Assembly (NCBI GenBank): GCA_963667255.1
Contig: OY762940.1
Span: 1,120,001 to 1,184,000, forward strand
Length of the DNA stretch: 64,000 bases
Origin: Candidatus Cloacimonadota bacterium
Lineage (GTDB): Bacteria; Cloacimonadota; Cloacimonadia; G963667145
Direction of reading: 5' to 3'
Numbering within the stretch: the first letter of the stretch is position 1; each line of letters opens with the position of its first letter. Shown here in pieces: positions 40,542 through 51,110 of this stretch. Below the pieces are notes generated by a model that was not told the origin of the DNA, did not search any database, and was given only the letters and a program-made list of their open reading frames with translations. The position numbers were made by a program, and so were the translations under genes.

Positions 40542-41636
40542 ATGGAAGATATATTTTATATGAAAAAAGCTCTTTCTCTTGCTAAAAAAGGCAAAGGAAA
40601 AGTTGAACCGAACCCAATGGTAGGAGTGGTAATTGTCAAAAATGGAAAAATAATTGGTGAAGGTTGGCATCAAAAATATGGCTTTGCTCATGCGGAAGTA
40701 AATGCCATAAATAATGCAACTGAAAGTTTGGGAAATTCTACCATGTATGTAAATTTAGAACCTTGCTCACATTTTGGCAAAACTCCTCCATGTGCAGATT
40801 TAATTATCCAAAAAAAAATAAAAAGAGTTGTGATTGGAATGGTAGACCCCAACGAAAAAGTAAAAGGACAAGGAATTGCAAAATTGAAAAAAGCTGGAAT
40901 TGAGGTGGTATGCGGAGTTTTGGAAAAAGAAGCCCAAAAATTAAACGAAGTTTTCCTAAAAAACATAAACCAAAAATTGCCCTTTATTACCTTAAAATCG
41001 GCGATGAGTTTGGACGGAAAAATAGCCTGTGAAAACGGAAATTCTAAGTGGATTTCTAATGAAAAATCAAGAAATTATGTTCACAAATTACGAAGAGAAA
41101 ATGATGCTATAATGGTAGGAATAAACACCGTTTTAAAGGATAATCCGCAACTTACTTGCCGAATAAAAAATGGCAGAAATCCTATAAGAATAGTGGTGGA
41201 TAGCTTGGGGAAAATTCCTTTGGAAAGCAATATCGTCCAAACTGCCAAAGAAATAAAAACCATTTTAGCTTGTAGTGATAAAATTGAAATAAACAAAGAA
41301 GAAATCTTAAATGAGAAAGGCTTAATCATTTTAAAAACCACAAGTAAAAATGGCAAAGTAAATTTAAAAAACTTACTTGAAAAATTGTATGAATTAGGAA
41401 TTTGTAGCATATTAGTGGAAGGTGGAGCTACTTTAAATCATTCTTTACTTAAAGAAAAGTTAATTGACAAATTTTTATTTTTCGTCTGTCCGCTGATTAT
41501 CGGAGGCAAAAATGCTCCCTCTCCTATTGCAGGAGCAAGTGCAAAAGATATTCCTCAAGCAAGCAAATTAGAAGATATTTCCTATAAAAAATTTAAAGAA
41601 GATTTGCTAATTACAGCTTATTTAAAAAAGGATTAA
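40542..41636 (+). CDS. ribD: Riboflavin biosynthesis deaminase/reductase RibD
   Basis: PNPMVG, HAE, LEPCSH..TPPC, SLDGKIA and VEGG motifs. Confidence 0.97.
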   Translation: MEDIFYMKKALSLAKKGKGKVEPNPMVGVVIVKNGKIIGEGWHQKYGFAHAEVNAINNATESLGNSTMYVNLEPCSHFGKTPPCADLIIQKKIKRVVIGMVDPNEKVKGQGIAKLKKAGIEVVCGVLEKEAQKLNEVFLKNINQKLPFITLKSAMSLDGKIACENGNSKWISNEKSRNYVHKLRRENDAIMVGINTVLKDNPQLTCRIKNGRNPIRIVVDSLGKIPLESNIVQTAKEIKTILACSDKIEINKEEILNEKGLIILKTTSKNGKVNLKNLLEKLYELGICSILVEGGATLNHSLLKEKLIDKFLFFVCPLIIGGKNAPSPIAGASAKDIPQASKLEDISYKKFKEDLLITAYLKKD

Positions 41637-41640
41637 AAAA

Positions 41641-42276
41641 ATGTTCACGGGAATAGTGGAAGAAATCGGAATCATAAAAAATATCTCTCTTGTTTCCAAC
41701 GAAATTGCCATTTTTTGTAGGAAAGTAGTAGAAGAGATAAAACTTGGCGACAGCATCGCCGTAAATGGAATTTGCCTAAGTGTAAAATATTTTGAAAGAA
41801 ATTTTTTTATTGCTGATGTAATGCCAGAAACTTTCCGAAAAACTAACCTAAATCAACTAAAAAATAATGATAAAGTAAATTTGGAAAGAGCTTTAAAAAT
41901 CAATGAGCGAATAAACGGGCATTTAGTAAGCGGACATATTGACGGCACGGGAATTTTGCTCTCCAAAAAAGAAGAAAAAAATGCTATTTGGCTATCCATA
42001 GAAGCAGATAAGGAGATTTTGAAATACATTGTTTTCAAGGGTTCGGTAGCTTTAGACGGAGTAAGTCTGACAATAGCTTATGTTGATGAGAAAATTTTTA
42101 AAGTAAGTTTAATTCCCATAACTTACAGCGAAACTATTTTCAAAGACAAAAAATTGAACGATAAAATAAATATTGAATGCGATATTCTGGGAAAATATGT
42201 GGAAAAGTTCGTTTTGGGGGAGAGAAACGAAAATTTAATAAATAAAGATTTTTTAAGCCAAAACGGCTTTTTTTAA
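41641..42276 (+). CDS. ribE: Riboflavin synthase (alpha chain)
   Basis: MFTGI, SIAVNGICL, VNLERAL, GHLVSGHID and GSVALDGVSLT motifs. Confidence 0.97.
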   Translation: MFTGIVEEIGIIKNISLVSNEIAIFCRKVVEEIKLGDSIAVNGICLSVKYFERNFFIADVMPETFRKTNLNQLKNNDKVNLERALKINERINGHLVSGHIDGTGILLSKKEEKNAIWLSIEADKEILKYIVFKGSVALDGVSLTIAYVDEKIFKVSLIPITYSETIFKDKKLNDKINIECDILGKYVEKFVLGERNENLINKDFLSQNGFF

Positions 42277-42285
42277 AGAGGATTT

Positions 42286-43479
42286 ATGTTGAAATTTAAT
42301 ACTATTGAGGAAGCAATAAACGATTTGAAAATCGGTAAAATGATAATTGTGATTGATGATGAGAATCGCGAAAATGAAGGAGATTTGATAGTCTCGGCAG
42401 AAAAAATCACTCCCGAACATATCAACTTTATGGCAAGTTTCGCCAAAGGGTTGATTTGTGCTCCTATCTCCAGCGAAATTGCTTTTAAGCTGAATCTGAG
42501 TCATATGGTGGAAAACAACCAAGACAGCTTCAAAACCGCTTTTACCATTTCCATAGATTATAAGGAGTCCACCACGGGAATATCGGCACATGAAAGAGCA
42601 AAAACTATTCAAATGTTGGCAGATGTAAATGCTCAAGCAAACGATTTTGTCCGTCCCGGTCATATTTTTCCACTTATTGCCAAAAAAGAGGGAGTGTTGA
42701 AAAGAGCAGGACACACCGAAGCTGCTGTTGATTTATTGAGATTTGCAGGCTTATGCCCAGCGGGAGCTATTTGCGAAATTATGAAAGATGACGGGCATAT
42801 GGCAAGAACTTTAGATTTGATGGATTTTGCCAAAAAACACAGCTTCAAAATTATTACTATAGCGGATTTGATAAAATACAGAATGGCAAGAGAAAACAAT
42901 ATTTTAAGAGAAACGGAGGCGAATCTTCCTACCAAATTCGGAGATTTTAAAATTATCGGCTTTGAAAATAAAATTTCCAAAGAACATCATCTTGCTTTGA
43001 TAAAGGGAGATATAAACACAGACAAGCCTGTTTTGGTGAGGGTTCATTCCGAGTGTCTCACTGGTGATACTTTCGGCTCTTTAAGGTGCGACTGCCAAGA
43101 TCAATTGCAAACCTCTATGAAGATGATAAACGAAGAGGGAGTAGGAGTTGTACTATATTTGCGGCAAGAAGGAAGAGGCATCGGCATAATAAACAAGATA
43201 AAAGCCTATTCGTTGCAAGATGCGGGAATGGACACTGTGGAAGCCAACATCAAACTCGGTTTTCCTGCTGATTTGAGAGATTACGGAAGTGGAGCTCAAA
43301 TATTAGCCGAATTGGGTTTGAAAAAAATTAAATTGCTTACCAACAATCCGCAAAAAGTTATTGGCTTAAGTGGTTATGGAATAGAAATTGTGGAGACCGT
43401 TCCTCTTAAAATCCCAGAAACTCCAAACAATTGCAAATATTTACAGACCAAAAAAGAAAAAATGGGACATCTTTTATAA
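42286..43479 (+). CDS. ribBA: Bifunctional DHBP synthase / GTP cyclohydrolase II
   Basis: [39 protein letters not shown] and QEGRGIG motifs. Confidence 0.97.
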   Translation: MLKFNTIEEAINDLKIGKMIIVIDDENRENEGDLIVSAEKITPEHINFMASFAKGLICAPISSEIAFKLNLSHMVENNQDSFKTAFTISIDYKESTTGISAHERAKTIQMLADVNAQANDFVRPGHIFPLIAKKEGVLKRAGHTEAAVDLLRFAGLCPAGAICEIMKDDGHMARTLDLMDFAKKHSFKIITIADLIKYRMARENNILRETEANLPTKFGDFKIIGFENKISKEHHLALIKGDINTDKPVLVRVHSECLTGDTFGSLRCDCQDQLQTSMKMINEEGVGVVLYLRQEGRGIGIINKIKAYSLQDAGMDTVEANIKLGFPADLRDYGSGAQILAELGLKKIKLLTNNPQKVIGLSGYGIEIVETVPLKIPETPNNCKYLQTKKEKMGHLL

Positions 43480-43499
43480 TAATCTCAAAGGAGAAAAAA

Positions 43500-43967
43500 A
43501 TGAATAATATCAAAATAAACGAGGGCTTTCTTAAGGCGAAGGATTTTACTTTTGCCATAGTTTTAAGCAGATTTAACGAATTTATCGGGAATAAACTTCT
43601 AGGCGGAGCAATCGATGCTTTGGTTCGTCATGATGCAAAAAAAGAGAATATTCAAGTTTTTTGGGTTCCGGGAGCTTACGAAATCCCTCTTGTTGCTCAA
43701 AAAGTAGCTAACAAATTTGATGCGGTAATTTGCTTGGGAGCTGTTATCAGAGGAGCGACTCCTCATTTTGATTATGTTGCCGCAGAGGTAAGCAAAGGAA
43801 TTGCCAAGGTCTCTTTGGATAGCGGAAAACCAATTGTTTTTGGAGTTTTGACGGTTGACAATTTAGAGCAAGCGATAGAGCGAGCAGGAACAAAATCTGG
43901 AAACAAGGGTTTTGATGCAGCAATTTCTGCCATTGAGATGGTAAATTTGTTAAAGAATATCGGGTAA
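43500..43967 (+). CDS. ribH: 6,7-dimethyl-8-ribityllumazine synthase
   Basis: [23 protein letters not shown] and QAIERAG.K.GNKG motifs; ATG 43500 follows AAGGAG. Confidence 0.97.
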   Translation: MNNIKINEGFLKAKDFTFAIVLSRFNEFIGNKLLGGAIDALVRHDAKKENIQVFWVPGAYEIPLVAQKVANKFDAVICLGAVIRGATPHFDYVAAEVSKGIAKVSLDSGKPIVFGVLTVDNLEQAIERAGTKSGNKGFDAAISAIEMVNLLKNIG

Positions 43968-44070
43968 AAAAATATGAGAAAATTTACGCCACAAATAAGA
44001 CTTGATATATTAGTCAAAATCTCCGAATGTGGTTTTGTATTTTAAGAAACGAGATTTTTAAGGGGATTTT

Positions 44071-45243
44071 ATGAAATTTATAGAGCCTGATTTGGTTGTA
44101 AAGTTGATAGACGAGTATGAGTTGTCGCCGCTATCGGTGGAGACCGTTTCGTTGAGTGAGGCTTTGGATAGAACTTTGGCGGAAGATGTGGTATCGCCAT
44201 TTGATCAGCCCGCTTATGACAAGGCTTTGAAAGACGGCTATGCTTACAGAAGCACCGATTTTTTGCCCAAAATAGTGGCTGTGCAAAAAGCCGGAGAAGG
44301 TTTGGAGCGGAAATACGCAGAAGGCGAATGTGTCAAAATTATGACAGGTGCGGTTGTGCCCAAAGATTTTGATTTATTAGTGCCTGTGGAAGATGTGCAG
44401 ATTGACGGCAATAAGTTGGTGGTGAAAGGGGAAGTTGCCAATAATATTTGTTATCAGGGCGAATATGTGAAAAATGGCGAGACGATTTTGCATTCGGGGC
44501 AAAAAATTTTTCCTCAAACCATTGGGATTTTGGCATCTGTAGGCAAGAGAGAGATTAAGGTTTATAAAAATCCCAGAGTTGGTATTTTGGTGACCGGCGA
44601 TGAGTTGGTGGAAGATTTTAGCGATTTGGCAAGTGGCAAGAAGTTCGATAGCAACAGCCCTATGTTGGCGGCTCAGGTGCGAAATTTGGGTGCTATTCCT
44701 GTGGAATACAGAGTAGTTAGCGACGATTTGTCTGCGACTGTGGATGCTATTAAAAAAGCGGTTTCGGAGTGCGATTTGGTGCTTTCTTCGGGCGGTGCAT
44801 CTATGGGCGATTTTGATTATATTCCCAAGGCGTTGCAAGAGTTGGGAGCGAAATTTATTTTCCAAAAAATGAAGTTTAAGCCCGGGAAGCCGACTTTTTT
44901 TTCCGAAGTGATGGGCAAGCCGTATTTTGCTTTACCTGGTAATCAGGTTTCCAGTTTTGTGGTTTTTCATTTGTTTGCTTCACGACTGATTAGGAGATTT
45001 CTTGGTTTATCTCCAAATTCCCTTATACTCGATTTGCCAATGGCGAAAGAGTTTGTCCGCACCAAAGATTTGGACAGACAGGAATATCGACCTGCCAAGA
45101 TAGTTGAGGGGAAAATTGAAGTTTGCAATTTCGTAAATTCTGGTCATTTGTTGTCTTTGAACGAAATTGATGGCTTGGTGGAGTTGAGGATAGAGCAGAA
45201 TATTTTACTTGCAGATTCGATACAAAAGATTTATTTGTTGTGA
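44071..45243 (+). CDS. moeA: Molybdopterin molybdotransferase MoeA
   Basis: DGYA, IMTGA, TGDEL, DSN, SGGASMGDFD, KPGKP and LPGN motifs. Confidence 0.92.
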   Translation: MKFIEPDLVVKLIDEYELSPLSVETVSLSEALDRTLAEDVVSPFDQPAYDKALKDGYAYRSTDFLPKIVAVQKAGEGLERKYAEGECVKIMTGAVVPKDFDLLVPVEDVQIDGNKLVVKGEVANNICYQGEYVKNGETILHSGQKIFPQTIGILASVGKREIKVYKNPRVGILVTGDELVEDFSDLASGKKFDSNSPMLAAQVRNLGAIPVEYRVVSDDLSATVDAIKKAVSECDLVLSSGGASMGDFDYIPKALQELGAKFIFQKMKFKPGKPTFFSEVMGKPYFALPGNQVSSFVVFHLFASRLIRRFLGLSPNSLILDLPMAKEFVRTKDLDRQEYRPAKIVEGKIEVCNFVNSGHLLSLNEIDGLVELRIEQNILLADSIQKIYLL

Positions 45244-45372
45244 ATTATTTTTTGATTTTTCGGACAGATTAAAAGACGAGCGAGAAAGGGGAATTAATAA
45301 TGCACACTAATACAAATTTCCCGCCGATAATTTATTGACTAATAAAGCCTTCGTTCATTTCTTTGAGAGCGT

Positions 45373-46107
45373 ATGAAAATCAACGAAATTTTGAATAATC
45401 TAAATAATTTTGCTCCTTGGGAGTCGGCATCGCATTGGGATAATGTGGGGCTTTTGATTGGTAGAGTTGATAGGGATGTGGCTAAGGCTGTTGTTTGTTT
45501 GGATATAGACGAAACGGTGGTCGATTTGGCGGTTGAAGTTGGTGCAAATTTGATAGTTTCTCATCATCCTTTATTTATTTCTCCTTTGAAATCCATTCGC
45601 AACGAGCTTTATCTGCGAATTATAGAAAATAAGATTAATGTGATTTGTGCTCACACCAATTTGGATATAGCCGAAAAGGGAATAAATTACAGATTAGCAA
45701 ATTTGCTGGAATTGACCGAAATAAGCCACATTAGTGAAACAGAAGAGTTCGGACTAATAGGCAAAATTCCCGAAACGGCAATTGCTGATTTTGCAGAATT
45801 TGTGAAGGAGAGGTTGCAGGCTCCGTTTGTGAAGCTCTATGCGTTGCAGGACAAGGTGCGAACTGTGGCTGTTTGTGGCGGTAATGGCAGTCATCTGTTG
45901 CCTCTTTTAGAAGGGAAAGCTGACATTTTGGTCTCGGCGGATTTTAAATATCATCAGATTATAGACAGTAAAATTTCCATTCTCGATGTAGGTCACTATT
46001 GGAGCGAGAGAGTTGCTATTGAGATTTTACAGACGGAATTAAATAAAATGAACATTGAGTGCTTTGTGCCGGATAGACACAAAATACAGCAATTAGAGGT
46101 AATATGA
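45373..46107 (+). CDS. Nif3-like dinuclear metal centre protein
   Basis: WDNVGL, SHHP, HTNLD, D.KYH and D.GHY.SE motifs. Confidence 0.92.
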   Translation: MKINEILNNLNNFAPWESASHWDNVGLLIGRVDRDVAKAVVCLDIDETVVDLAVEVGANLIVSHHPLFISPLKSIRNELYLRIIENKINVICAHTNLDIAEKGINYRLANLLELTEISHISETEEFGLIGKIPETAIADFAEFVKERLQAPFVKLYALQDKVRTVAVCGGNGSHLLPLLEGKADILVSADFKYHQIIDSKISILDVGHYWSERVAIEILQTELNKMNIECFVPDRHKIQQLEVI

Positions 46108-46391
46108 AAGTAATTTTCAAAGATGTCTCCAAGGGTGTCGTGGACTCACGGGCTATCATCGAGATATGCGAGGGCGTGTATATAAACGAGGTTTCTATTT
46201 TGCGAAAGGACGGTCATTTGCAGGTGGAATTTCCTCAAAAATCTTTCAAAGGGAAAGACGGCAAAATGCATTGGATGGATATTCTCACCTTTCGTGATGA
46301 GGACAAAAAAACCTTGTTTCAGATGGAGATTTTGCAACTTCACGACCAATGGCGAAAGAAGAACAAAAAAGTGCTGATTTATGAATCTTAA
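46104..46391 (+). CDS. Small SpoVG-like protein
   Basis: A.I......I..V.I....G.L.V.FPQ......DG....DI pattern resembles SpoVG; ATGA overlap with the upstream gene. Confidence 0.5.
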   Translation: MKVIFKDVSKGVVDSRAIIEICEGVYINEVSILRKDGHLQVEFPQKSFKGKDGKMHWMDILTFRDEDKKTLFQMEILQLHDQWRKKNKKVLIYES

Positions 46392-47568
46392 ACTCGTTGT
46401 TTTTGACGATTCGGACAATCGATATCTTTCTCCGTTCAGCTCTTCGCGTGGTGTTTCCTCATTGCGGCATGGGTGCTTTACGCAAGGGCAGAAAATAGTA
46501 AAATTGTTTGAGGATTTTGCGGAGTTTGAAAATTGTCAAAAGCTGAATGAGTTGAAATTATCAGCAGGGGAATATTTGTTTGTAAATTCTGGTGCAAAGC
46601 TGGACACTGATGTGTTGGAGGAGATAAAATCGCTGGTGGCTGATAGCTCATTGGTTGAGAAATTATCTGGAAGAGTTGTTGCCATTAGGGTTAAGATTCC
46701 CGAAAGTTTTACCTACGAAAGACTCAAAGACTGTAGTGATGTTAAATATTGTGAAGGTGCTTTGTTCCAGCATTGGTGGGAGTTGGTAGCTGATAACGGG
46801 AAGCTGATTGACGAAGATTTCAAGTTAGTTTACGATAGAGCCGATAGCTTTAGCATTCCCAATCAATTTGTGACGATGCTCAATCCTTACAGCGTTTGGC
46901 TTGGCAAAGATGTTACCATCGACCCAGGAGCAGTGATAGATGCCCGAGATGGAGCGGTTGTTATCGAAGATGGTGCTAAAATTGGCAGTCAGGCAGTTGT
47001 GCAAGGACCTTGCTATATTGGGGGAAATTCCCTGATAAATCCTTTTGCTCATCTGAAAAACGGGACGACAATCGGCAATTTTTGTAAAATCGGGGGCGAG
47101 GTTGATGGAGCGATTATTGACGATTTTTCCAATAAACAGCACTACGGATTTATTGGCGAGAGTTACATCGGTTCTTGGGTAAACTTGGGTGCAGGGACGA
47201 CTTGTTCCGATTTGAAGAACAACTATTCGCAGGTAAAATCTTTCTCTTTTGGGCAAGACAAAATTAATACCAAGAGGCAGTTTTTGGGTTGTGTTATCGG
47301 TGATTACACCAAATTGGGAATAGGCTCCATGATAAACACCGGAGCGTATATCGGCACGGCTTGTTGTCTTTTTGGGACGAAGTTGATTGAGGGCAAAATT
47401 GATGATTTTAGATTTGGCACTGTGGAGAGCGTTTCCCTTTATGAAATAGACAAGTTCTTTGCATCGCTGAAGATTATGATGGCTCGAAGAGGGAAGGAAA
47501 TAACCTCCGAGGAAAAGAAAAATTTGGAAAATATTTATAAAAAAGAGTTAAAATTTTATGGCTGTTAA
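46381..47568 (+). CDS. Alternative GlmU-like sugar nucleotidyltransferase/acetyltransferase
   Basis: Hexapeptide repeats; KIGGEV, SNKQHYGFIG, WVNLGAGT..SDLKNNY and RQFLG motifs. Confidence 0.85.
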   Translation: MNLKLVVFDDSDNRYLSPFSSSRGVSSLRHGCFTQGQKIVKLFEDFAEFENCQKLNELKLSAGEYLFVNSGAKLDTDVLEEIKSLVADSSLVEKLSGRVVAIRVKIPESFTYERLKDCSDVKYCEGALFQHWWELVADNGKLIDEDFKLVYDRADSFSIPNQFVTMLNPYSVWLGKDVTIDPGAVIDARDGAVVIEDGAKIGSQAVVQGPCYIGGNSLINPFAHLKNGTTIGNFCKIGGEVDGAIIDDFSNKQHYGFIGESYIGSWVNLGAGTTCSDLKNNYSQVKSFSFGQDKINTKRQFLGCVIGDYTKLGIGSMINTGAYIGTACCLFGTKLIEGKIDDFRFGTVESVSLYEIDKFFASLKIMMARRGKEITSEEKKNLENIYKKELKFYGC

Positions 47569-48349
47569 AATTACATTTAGAACCGGCAGACAACAGTTTT
47601 ATCATTCACCAGAGTTTGATATTTCGCCTTTGCAACGCGTGATTGTCAATTTGGAATACGGTTACGATATTGCTACGGTGGTTTCTGTCGGAGAAGAGTT
47701 TGCAGTAGAGGAAGAGTATAAGAAGATATTGCGGGTTGCTGATGAAAAGGATTTGGCAAAGTTGCACGCTCTGAAAGACGAGGAGAAGAAAGCCGAAGAG
47801 ATTTACAATAAGACAATTACGCATCACTCCATCGAGATGAATCTTTTTTATGGTGTTCAGCAATTCGACGGTAAGAAGATGCTATTTTTGTTTACTTCCG
47901 AGGGGCGAGTCGATTTTAGAGAGTTTGCCAAAGAGTTGGCGACGATTTTTGGGAAGCGAATAGAGTTTATTCAGATTTCTTCACGAGATAGGACAAAAAA
48001 TATGGGTGGAATAGGCTCGTGTGGTCGCCCTTATTGTTGTCATGGACATCTTGAAAAATTCCAGCCAATTTCCGTTAAAATGGTTAAGCAACAAAATCTT
48101 TCCGGCAATTTGTCGCAAATATCAGGACCTTGCGGGCGACTTTTGTGTTGTTTGGATTACGAAAAAGAGATTTATCAGGAATACCCGAAAATCGGCTCGA
48201 AAATCAGATATAAGGGCGAAAATTATCTAATCAACTTCAACGATATTTCCAAAGAAGTTGTGCATTTGATTGGATTAAAAGAGGGTCAAGCACCTTTGGA
48301 ATTGCCTTTGGAGATAGTTAAAAAGTTCATAGGAAATCAAGAAGAATGA
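47558..48349 (+). CDS. PSP1-domain protein (YaaT/RicT family)
   Basis: RVDFRE, GGIGSCGRPYCC, QNLS and SGPCGRLLCCL motifs. Confidence 0.92.
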   Translation: MAVKITFRTGRQQFYHSPEFDISPLQRVIVNLEYGYDIATVVSVGEEFAVEEEYKKILRVADEKDLAKLHALKDEEKKAEEIYNKTITHHSIEMNLFYGVQQFDGKKMLFLFTSEGRVDFREFAKELATIFGKRIEFIQISSRDRTKNMGGIGSCGRPYCCHGHLEKFQPISVKMVKQQNLSGNLSQISGPCGRLLCCLDYEKEIYQEYPKIGSKIRYKGENYLINFNDISKEVVHLIGLKEGQAPLELPLEIVKKFIGNQEE

Positions 48350-50208
48350 TTTTATCTGCCGGCGATTTGTGTGTCGGCTATTCCGATAAAGAACTCTTGA
48401 CCGGCGTATCGTTTATGATACAAGATGCCGATAAAATCGGCGTAATTGGCGATAACGGTTGTGGGAAATCCTCTTTATTTTCCGCTATCTTGGACGGAAG
48501 AACGCTGCTAAAAGGGAAAGTCGACAAAAAATCCAATCTCAAAATTGCTGTTCTTGAGCAACAATTTCAGGGTAATCACAATGTTTCTGTTTGGGAATTT
48601 GTTGCTGGAGTTGGCAAAGAGCTTTACGACTTGGAGCGGGAAATTCATCAACTTACGCAAAAATTGGCTGTTGAGAAAAATTATGAAGAGATTCACCAAC
48701 TGGCGAATTTGCAAGAGAAGTTTGAAGCGTTGGGTGGATTTGTCTTGGATTCCAAAATTAAGTCCGTTCTTGTTCATCTGAATTTCAATGAGGAGAGTTG
48801 GGATTTGCCCTTAAGAAGTTTGAGCGGAGGTCAACTCGCCCGTTTACAATTGGCAAAAGTTCTTTTGTCCGATTTTGACTTGCTTCTTTTGGACGAACCG
48901 ACCAACCATCTTGATTTCGTGATGATATCTTGGCTTGAGAAGTATCTGACCAACTTGAGAAAGCCTTATATGGTGATTTCGCACAACAGAGGTTTTCTCG
49001 ATAAAGTTACCACTAAGCTTTTTCATCTGCATCACAAGAGGCTTAGGATTTATAACGGGAATTTTAACCATTTTCAAGAAGAGTTTGCTCTGCTGTGCGG
49101 TCAGCAAAAGAAAAGATACAATCTTCAGCAAAAAGAGATATCCAAAACCAAAGATTTTATTGCTCGCAATATGGCAGGACAAAAGACCAAGCAGGCAGCT
49201 TCCCGCCTGAAGACTTTGAACAAAATGGAAATTTTGGAAAAGCCACAAGAAGAAAGAGGTATGCTTCTCGCTTTTAACGGGACAATGCGAACGGGCGAGA
49301 AAGTAATTGAATGTCTCAATTTGTCTGTCGGCTATCAGGATAAAGTTGTGGTTGGGGACATCAATCTTTTGCTTTCCTGTGGAGATAGAGTAGCTTTAAT
49401 TGGTAAAAATGGCTGTGGGAAATCGACATTTTTGTCAACGATATGTGGTAAGTTGCCACTTCTCTCTGGCGAAGTGAAGCAAGGCAGCAATCTGAAAATC
49501 GGATACTTTGAACAAAGCAACTACGATTTCCCGCTTGAGCAGACTGTTTTGCAAAGCATTTGGGACTTGATGCCCGGTGAGCCGATTGGCAAGCCTTTGT
49601 CATATTTGGCAGCTTATGAGTTCATTGGGGACGATGTTGAACGGAAAATTTCCACCTTGAGCGGAGGAGAGAAATCCAGATTGCATCTTGCCAGACTTAT
49701 CTTGCAAAATCCCAATTTTCTTGTTTTGGATGAGCCGACCAATCACTTGGATTTGAAGATGATTTTAGCGTTGGAGAACGCTTTGTCTGCTTATAAAGGC
49801 AGTTTGCTTTTTGTGTGCCATGACAAATATTTTGTAGATAAATTGGCGACGAAATTTTGGATTTTTTCCGACAATACTATCAAAGAGAGTTTGGATTGCG
49901 ACTACGAGAATTTTGTTTATGAAAAGAGAAAAAAAACAAAAAAAGAGATAGAAAAGCCGAAAAATCAACGAGTAAATCCGCATAAATTGCAAGCAATGGA
50001 ACAGGAAATATTCGAGATTGAGGAGAGGTTGGACAGTGTTAGAAATGAGCTTGAAGATAACTATGCTCTATTGTCCGACAAGAAGGTCTATCAAAACAAA
50101 GAGTTGTTGGAAAATCTTCACAATAAAATTGCAGAGCAGAAGCTGATTGCGAAAAGTCTTGAAAAGAGTTTGGAAGAGAAAGAAACGGTTTATTTGAAAT
50201 TGTGTTGA
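48346..50208 (+). CDS. ABC-F family ATP-binding protein
   Basis: Two ABC domains (GDNGCGKS/LSGGQ/LDEPTNHLD and GKNGCGKS/LSGGE/LDEPTNHLD), no TM segments, C-terminal coiled coil. Confidence 0.93.
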   Translation: MILSAGDLCVGYSDKELLTGVSFMIQDADKIGVIGDNGCGKSSLFSAILDGRTLLKGKVDKKSNLKIAVLEQQFQGNHNVSVWEFVAGVGKELYDLEREIHQLTQKLAVEKNYEEIHQLANLQEKFEALGGFVLDSKIKSVLVHLNFNEESWDLPLRSLSGGQLARLQLAKVLLSDFDLLLLDEPTNHLDFVMISWLEKYLTNLRKPYMVISHNRGFLDKVTTKLFHLHHKRLRIYNGNFNHFQEEFALLCGQQKKRYNLQQKEISKTKDFIARNMAGQKTKQAASRLKTLNKMEILEKPQEERGMLLAFNGTMRTGEKVIECLNLSVGYQDKVVVGDINLLLSCGDRVALIGKNGCGKSTFLSTICGKLPLLSGEVKQGSNLKIGYFEQSNYDFPLEQTVLQSIWDLMPGEPIGKPLSYLAAYEFIGDDVERKISTLSGGEKSRLHLARLILQNPNFLVLDEPTNHLDLKMILALENALSAYKGSLLFVCHDKYFVDKLATKFWIFSDNTIKESLDCDYENFVYEKRKKTKKEIEKPKNQRVNPHKLQAMEQEIFEIEERLDSVRNELEDNYALLSDKKVYQNKELLENLHNKIAEQKLIAKSLEKSLEEKETVYLKLC

Positions 50209-51053
50209 TTTTCGCTGTAAAAGACTAAAAAGCTGTAGGTCAATTTTATTATTTTGTTCAGAGTCTTGGGACTGCAATTTTCAGGTGTGTCGTAGATAGT
50301 GTGATGGTATTTATACGGCCAACCGATTACAGCGATAGTCGGCACTCCCAGAGAGATAAAGGGGAGATGATCGTCATATATCCATGAACCTTCGTTTGTG
50401 CTCAGCTTTCCCCTTTTCCAAAAAATATTGTTAATCTCAGGGAAAGAGGATTTAACGAATTTTTCTTGAGGAAATTCTTGTTTTTTCCCTGCTATCATAT
50501 CTAATAAGATTACCAAATTATAAGTATTTACAGATATTTTGTTGCAAAAATTTTTCGAGCCTAACGCCCAGTATTCTGATGAGTTATTATCGCCTTGGTC
50601 TTCCAAATCGAAGAAAGCAAAGTCCAAACCGATTTTGGTAGTGTAGCTGGAGTTCGCTTTGGCGATGGAGAGCAATGCGGCAACTCCGCTAGCTCCATCG
50701 TTTGCTCCCAATACTGGAAGATGAGCAGTCTTTTTGTCGTCGTCAGCTGTATATCTAGAGTCATAGTGAGTGCAGAGCAAGATTCTTTCTTGAATTTCCG
50801 GATTTAGTCTCGCTACAATATTTACGCCGATTTGGGCTTTATTCCGCAAAATTGTAAAAAAAGTGTCTTCCCTGATTTTGATACTGGGGAGAGCACTCAG
50901 ATTACTGACGATGTATTGTCTAGTTCTGGCTATAGCTTTGGAATTTGGCACACGAGGACCGAATTTTGAGATATCCTCAAGATAACCAAAAGCGTTGGGG
51001 AAAGCCTCAACACACCAAAAAACTATGCAGAAAACAACTATTTTTTTTTTCAT
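50190..51053 (-). CDS. M28 family peptidase (glutaminyl cyclase-like), secreted
   Basis: Signal peptide; GPRVPNS, HYDSR, GANDGASG, FDLED, LDMI, DDHLPF and HHT.YD motifs. Confidence 0.88.
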   Translation of the reverse strand: MKKKIVVFCIVFWCVEAFPNAFGYLEDISKFGPRVPNSKAIARTRQYIVSNLSALPSIKIREDTFFTILRNKAQIGVNIVARLNPEIQERILLCTHYDSRYTADDDKKTAHLPVLGANDGASGVAALLSIAKANSSYTTKIGLDFAFFDLEDQGDNNSSEYWALGSKNFCNKISVNTYNLVILLDMIAGKKQEFPQEKFVKSSFPEINNIFWKRGKLSTNEGSWIYDDHLPFISLGVPTIAVIGWPYKYHHTIYDTPENCSPKTLNKIIKLTYSFLVFYSENQHNFK

Positions 51054-51110
51054 ATTCTTCTAAAACTATTGACAACAGGTTTTTTTCATAGATTGTGTAA
51101 AGAGAAAATT

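Noticed and set aside
43968..44070. Moco riboswitch or ModE box upstream of moeA
   Set aside because: No matching structure or consensus palindrome was seen.
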